From: Bugula neritina
Lineage: Eukaryota > Animalia > Bryozoa
Direction of reading: 5' to 3'
DNA: 64,000 nt
NCBI GenBank assembly: GCA_964035545.1
Contig: OZ037765.1
Span: 1,984,001-2,048,000, forward strand
Shown: positions 63,301 through 64,000 of the stretch, in pieces
How positions within the stretch are numbered: position 1 is the first letter of the stretch
How the letters are laid out: every line of letters begins with the position of its first letter
The notes under the pieces: model-generated
The model's database searches: none
Seen by the model: only the letters and a program-made list of their open reading frames with translations
Told to the model about the DNA's origin: nothing
Position numbers and translations under genes: made by a program

Positions 63301-64000
63301 GTCAGTGATAAATCATTTCTTGTTGATTGTGTCCTAGACTTGAGATAAGATCGGCGTTAGAGCTAACTGATAGAACACAGTCCAATATTCAACCACACAG
63401 ACTTCATTCAAGTTCACAAGTCTACTCACAACTGCCACAGATCTCTCCGAAACCGGTGAAGAGGCCAATGTACCAAAAAGACATATTTTATAGTGGCAAT
63501 ATAACTAATATACAAGCTGACGATAATTATGAAGATAATAATTCAACTGACCATGGAATTCCTCAGGTTAAATTTGTCAACATTTAAACCATAACTAAAT
63601 GCATTTTGTACTACTTTAAAACTGTTACATGGTTTATTCTAAGTTTATTATGATCAGTAACTTTTTGTGAGCAGATAATTTTATCAGTTGTCTGCTCACC
63701 CAAAGCTTGCAGGCTGCTGCTGAATTACATGTCAAAAAAACACACCTTTGCTTGTAAAGTGTTATCACAGATCCAGAGTTGCGATCAACATGTTTTACTT
63801 GTGATGTTTTACAGAAAGTTGGGCGACGCCTCAGATGTTTGCAACTTTTCCCGAAGCCAGTAGCTGATATTCTGAGAGAAATGACGGACCCTGGGGTGTT
63901 GCGGAACAAGTCTATGCTAATGCTGTGTGCTGTCTGCGTCTTCTACCCCCTCGGCTACTATATGCCTGTGCTGTTCTCCGTCAGCAGAGCTACAAATCAC
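58720..64000 (+). CDS. Monocarboxylate transporter family (SLC16) paralogue 4, 3'-truncated by the window
   Basis: Exons 58720-58840, 60483-60680, 61324-61467, 61754-61936, 62829-62997, 63338-63566, 63815->64000. Motifs: APDGGWGW, LVNKYGCRPV, YFDKKRGVA, QKDIFYSG, PKPVADILREMTDP. Confidence 0.9.
58990..59160 (-). mobile_element. Second SINE-like repeat family copy, in paralogue 4 intron 1
   Basis: It contains the segment shared with 37536-37573 and a degenerate A-box-like TGGTCTAGGGG on the minus strand. Confidence 0.5.
59245..60270 (-). mobile_element. 5'-truncated RTE-like non-LTR retrotransposon (3' end of RT ORF), interrupted by a MITE
   Basis: Translation: VKNFKYLGSTI...ASQTFGRLRERVW...TKCAVYQVIVLSTLLYGVE...KLNAFFMNQL | RQILSVKW...LRWAGH...KQVLYSQL...GRPRLRHKD. 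This is typical of the C-terminal region of RTE-clade ORFs. Confidence 0.88.
59596..59939. mobile_element. MITE (344 bp) with ~70 bp terminal inverted repeats, flanked by TTA/TAA (PIF/Harbinger-like)
   Basis: GCCTAGGGCCACACGGTGCGTATTTTCGCATGCGAAAATTGAAATCGCAAGTAGCAAAGGTGTCCACTGT matches the reverse complement of the right end with one mismatch. Removing it plus one 3-bp flank restores the LINE frame N-Q-L-R-Q-I-L. Confidence 0.9.
60288..60348. repeat. (TA)n microsatellite, about 30 units
   Basis: Directly visible. Confidence 0.97.
60670..61032 (+). repeat. Tandem array of exon end plus 5' splice site (CTCTATWKCCT|GTATGTACTTA, 22 bp), about 16 copies
   Basis: The first copy is the real exon 2 end and donor (60680|60681) of SLC16 paralogue 4. 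It explains ORFs 60648-61007 and 60793-61050. Confidence 0.95.

Overview
AT-rich, intron-rich animal (invertebrate-like) genomic DNA; the species cannot be fixed from sequence alone. Six complete or near-complete genes plus one truncated gene can be assembled by hand from splice signals and reading phase. They are: the 3' part of an AMPK-related Ser/Thr kinase with a UBA-like domain (+, 1437 to about 12206), CDKAL1 (-, 13061-19276), NAA60 (+, 22208-24281, head-to-head with CDKAL1, with a U12-type AT-AC last intron), and a cluster of four SLC16/monocarboxylate-transporter paralogues (+, +, -, +; the last runs off the window). The most notable features are three. (1) The second SLC16 paralogue carries two intact, diverged copies of its TM1-TM2 exon, a candidate mutually exclusive exon pair that changes pore-lining residues. 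(2) Tandem duplications and minisatellites are repeatedly built from, or directly abut, real splice junctions; examples are arrays of about 16-17 copies of exon end plus donor, and an in-frame duplicated NAA60 acceptor. (3) A tRNA-derived repeat family has an unusual conserved 23-nt leader upstream of the tRNA moiety. Mobile DNA also includes a TTAA-flanked Kolobok-like element, a foldback element, and an RTE-like LINE fragment interrupted by a MITE. All gene models are manual and lack transcript support.
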